From positions 1 to 64,000 of the forward strand of contig JAXLNO010000080.1 of NCBI GenBank assembly GCA_038087875.1: a DNA stretch of 64,000 nucleotides, given 5' to 3'. This DNA is from Malacoraja senta. Its lineage: Eukaryota. A program made the translations under genes and the position numbers. The notes below the pieces were generated by a model, which did no database searches, was not told the origin of the DNA, and saw only the letters and a list, made by a program, of their open reading frames with translations. How positions within the stretch are numbered: the first letter of the stretch is position 1; every line of letters starts with the position of its first letter. This document shows positions 63,201 through 64,000 of this stretch, piece after piece.

Positions 63201-64000
63201 GTAAAATCTCCCATTCAGCCACTGTTGAATTCATCTTGCTACTCCACCATTAATACCCAACAATTTAATCTACTTAACCAACCTTCCATGAGGAACCTTG
63301 CCAAAGGCCTTACTGAAGTCCATATAGACATCCACTGCTTTACCCTCATCAATTTCCCTAGTAACCTCTTCAAAAAATTCAAGATTAGTCAAACATGACC
63401 TTCCAGGCACAAATCTATGTTGGCTGTTCCTAATCAGAACCTGTTTATCCAGATGATTATATATATTATCTCTAAGTATCCTTTCCATTAATTTGCCCAC
63501 CACTGACGTCAAACTAACAGGTCTATACTTGCTAGGTTTACTCTTAGAACCCTTCTTAAACAATGGAACAACATGCGCAGTACGCCAATCCTCCAGCACC
63601 ATTCCCGTTTCTAATGACATTTGAAATATTTCTGTCATAGCCCCTGCTATTTCTACACTAACTTCCCTCAATGTCCATGGGAATATCCTGTCAGGACCTG
63701 GAGACTTATCCATTTTTATATTTTTCAAAAGTGTCAGTACTTCCTCTTCTTTGAATCTCATAGTTTCCTTAGCTACTCTACTTGTTTCCCTTACCTCACA
63801 TAATTCAATATCCTTCTCCTTGGTGAATACCGAAGAAAAGAAATTGTTCAATATCTCCCCCATCTCTTTTGGCTCTGCACATAGCTGTCCACTCTGACAC
63901 TAATGGACCAATTTTATCCCTCGTTATCCTTATATATTAATATAGCTGTAGAAACCCTTTGGATTTACTTTCACCTTACTTGCCAAAGCAACCTCATATC
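57249..64000 (-). mobile_element. CR1 LINE interrupted by DIRS (57249-58474 and 63205-64000)
   Basis: ORFs 63270-63863 and 57735-58310 (YADD) are collinear parts of one ORF2. Confidence 0.9.
58475..63206 (-). mobile_element. Degenerate DIRS1-type tyrosine-recombinase retrotransposon
   Basis: RT (IDLKDAYY, LPNGL, AYLDD; 61037-61483), RNase H (QIDN..AVVYIN.MGG), methyltransferase-like DAFSLHW...YIFPPF, recombinase (HSARAA...AAGWS; 58940-59800); 32-bp terminus 63175-63206 complementary to the internal region 58696-58727. Confidence 0.92.

Overview
Vertebrate genomic DNA, very repeat-rich. The CR1, SINE and DIRS families suggest a cartilaginous fish, probably a skate or ray (inference). The core is one multi-exon gene on the minus strand (ATG 41188 to stop 16201; 14 coding exons that splice in frame to about 948 aa). 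It encodes a type I immunoglobulin-superfamily receptor whose ectodomain is a tandemly doubled V-C2-V-C2 (CD4/LAG-3-like) cassette, 8 Ig domains in all. A transmembrane exon follows, then a tail with ITSM (TEYMSV) and ITIM (IHYGSI) motifs. A 1.14-kb local duplication has placed a second, splice-competent copy of the ITSM exon upstream of the transmembrane exon. An old inverted duplication mirrors the gene's 5' intron region. On the left are a CpG-island promoter with a GC-box/CRE minisatellite and a nested stack of retroelements that includes an intact full-length L1 flanked by a 1.3-kb target duplication. On the right are CR1 copies and a degenerate DIRS tyrosine-recombinase retroelement flanked by a 154-bp duplication. 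All exon calls come from manual reading of splice sites and frames; no database searches were run.
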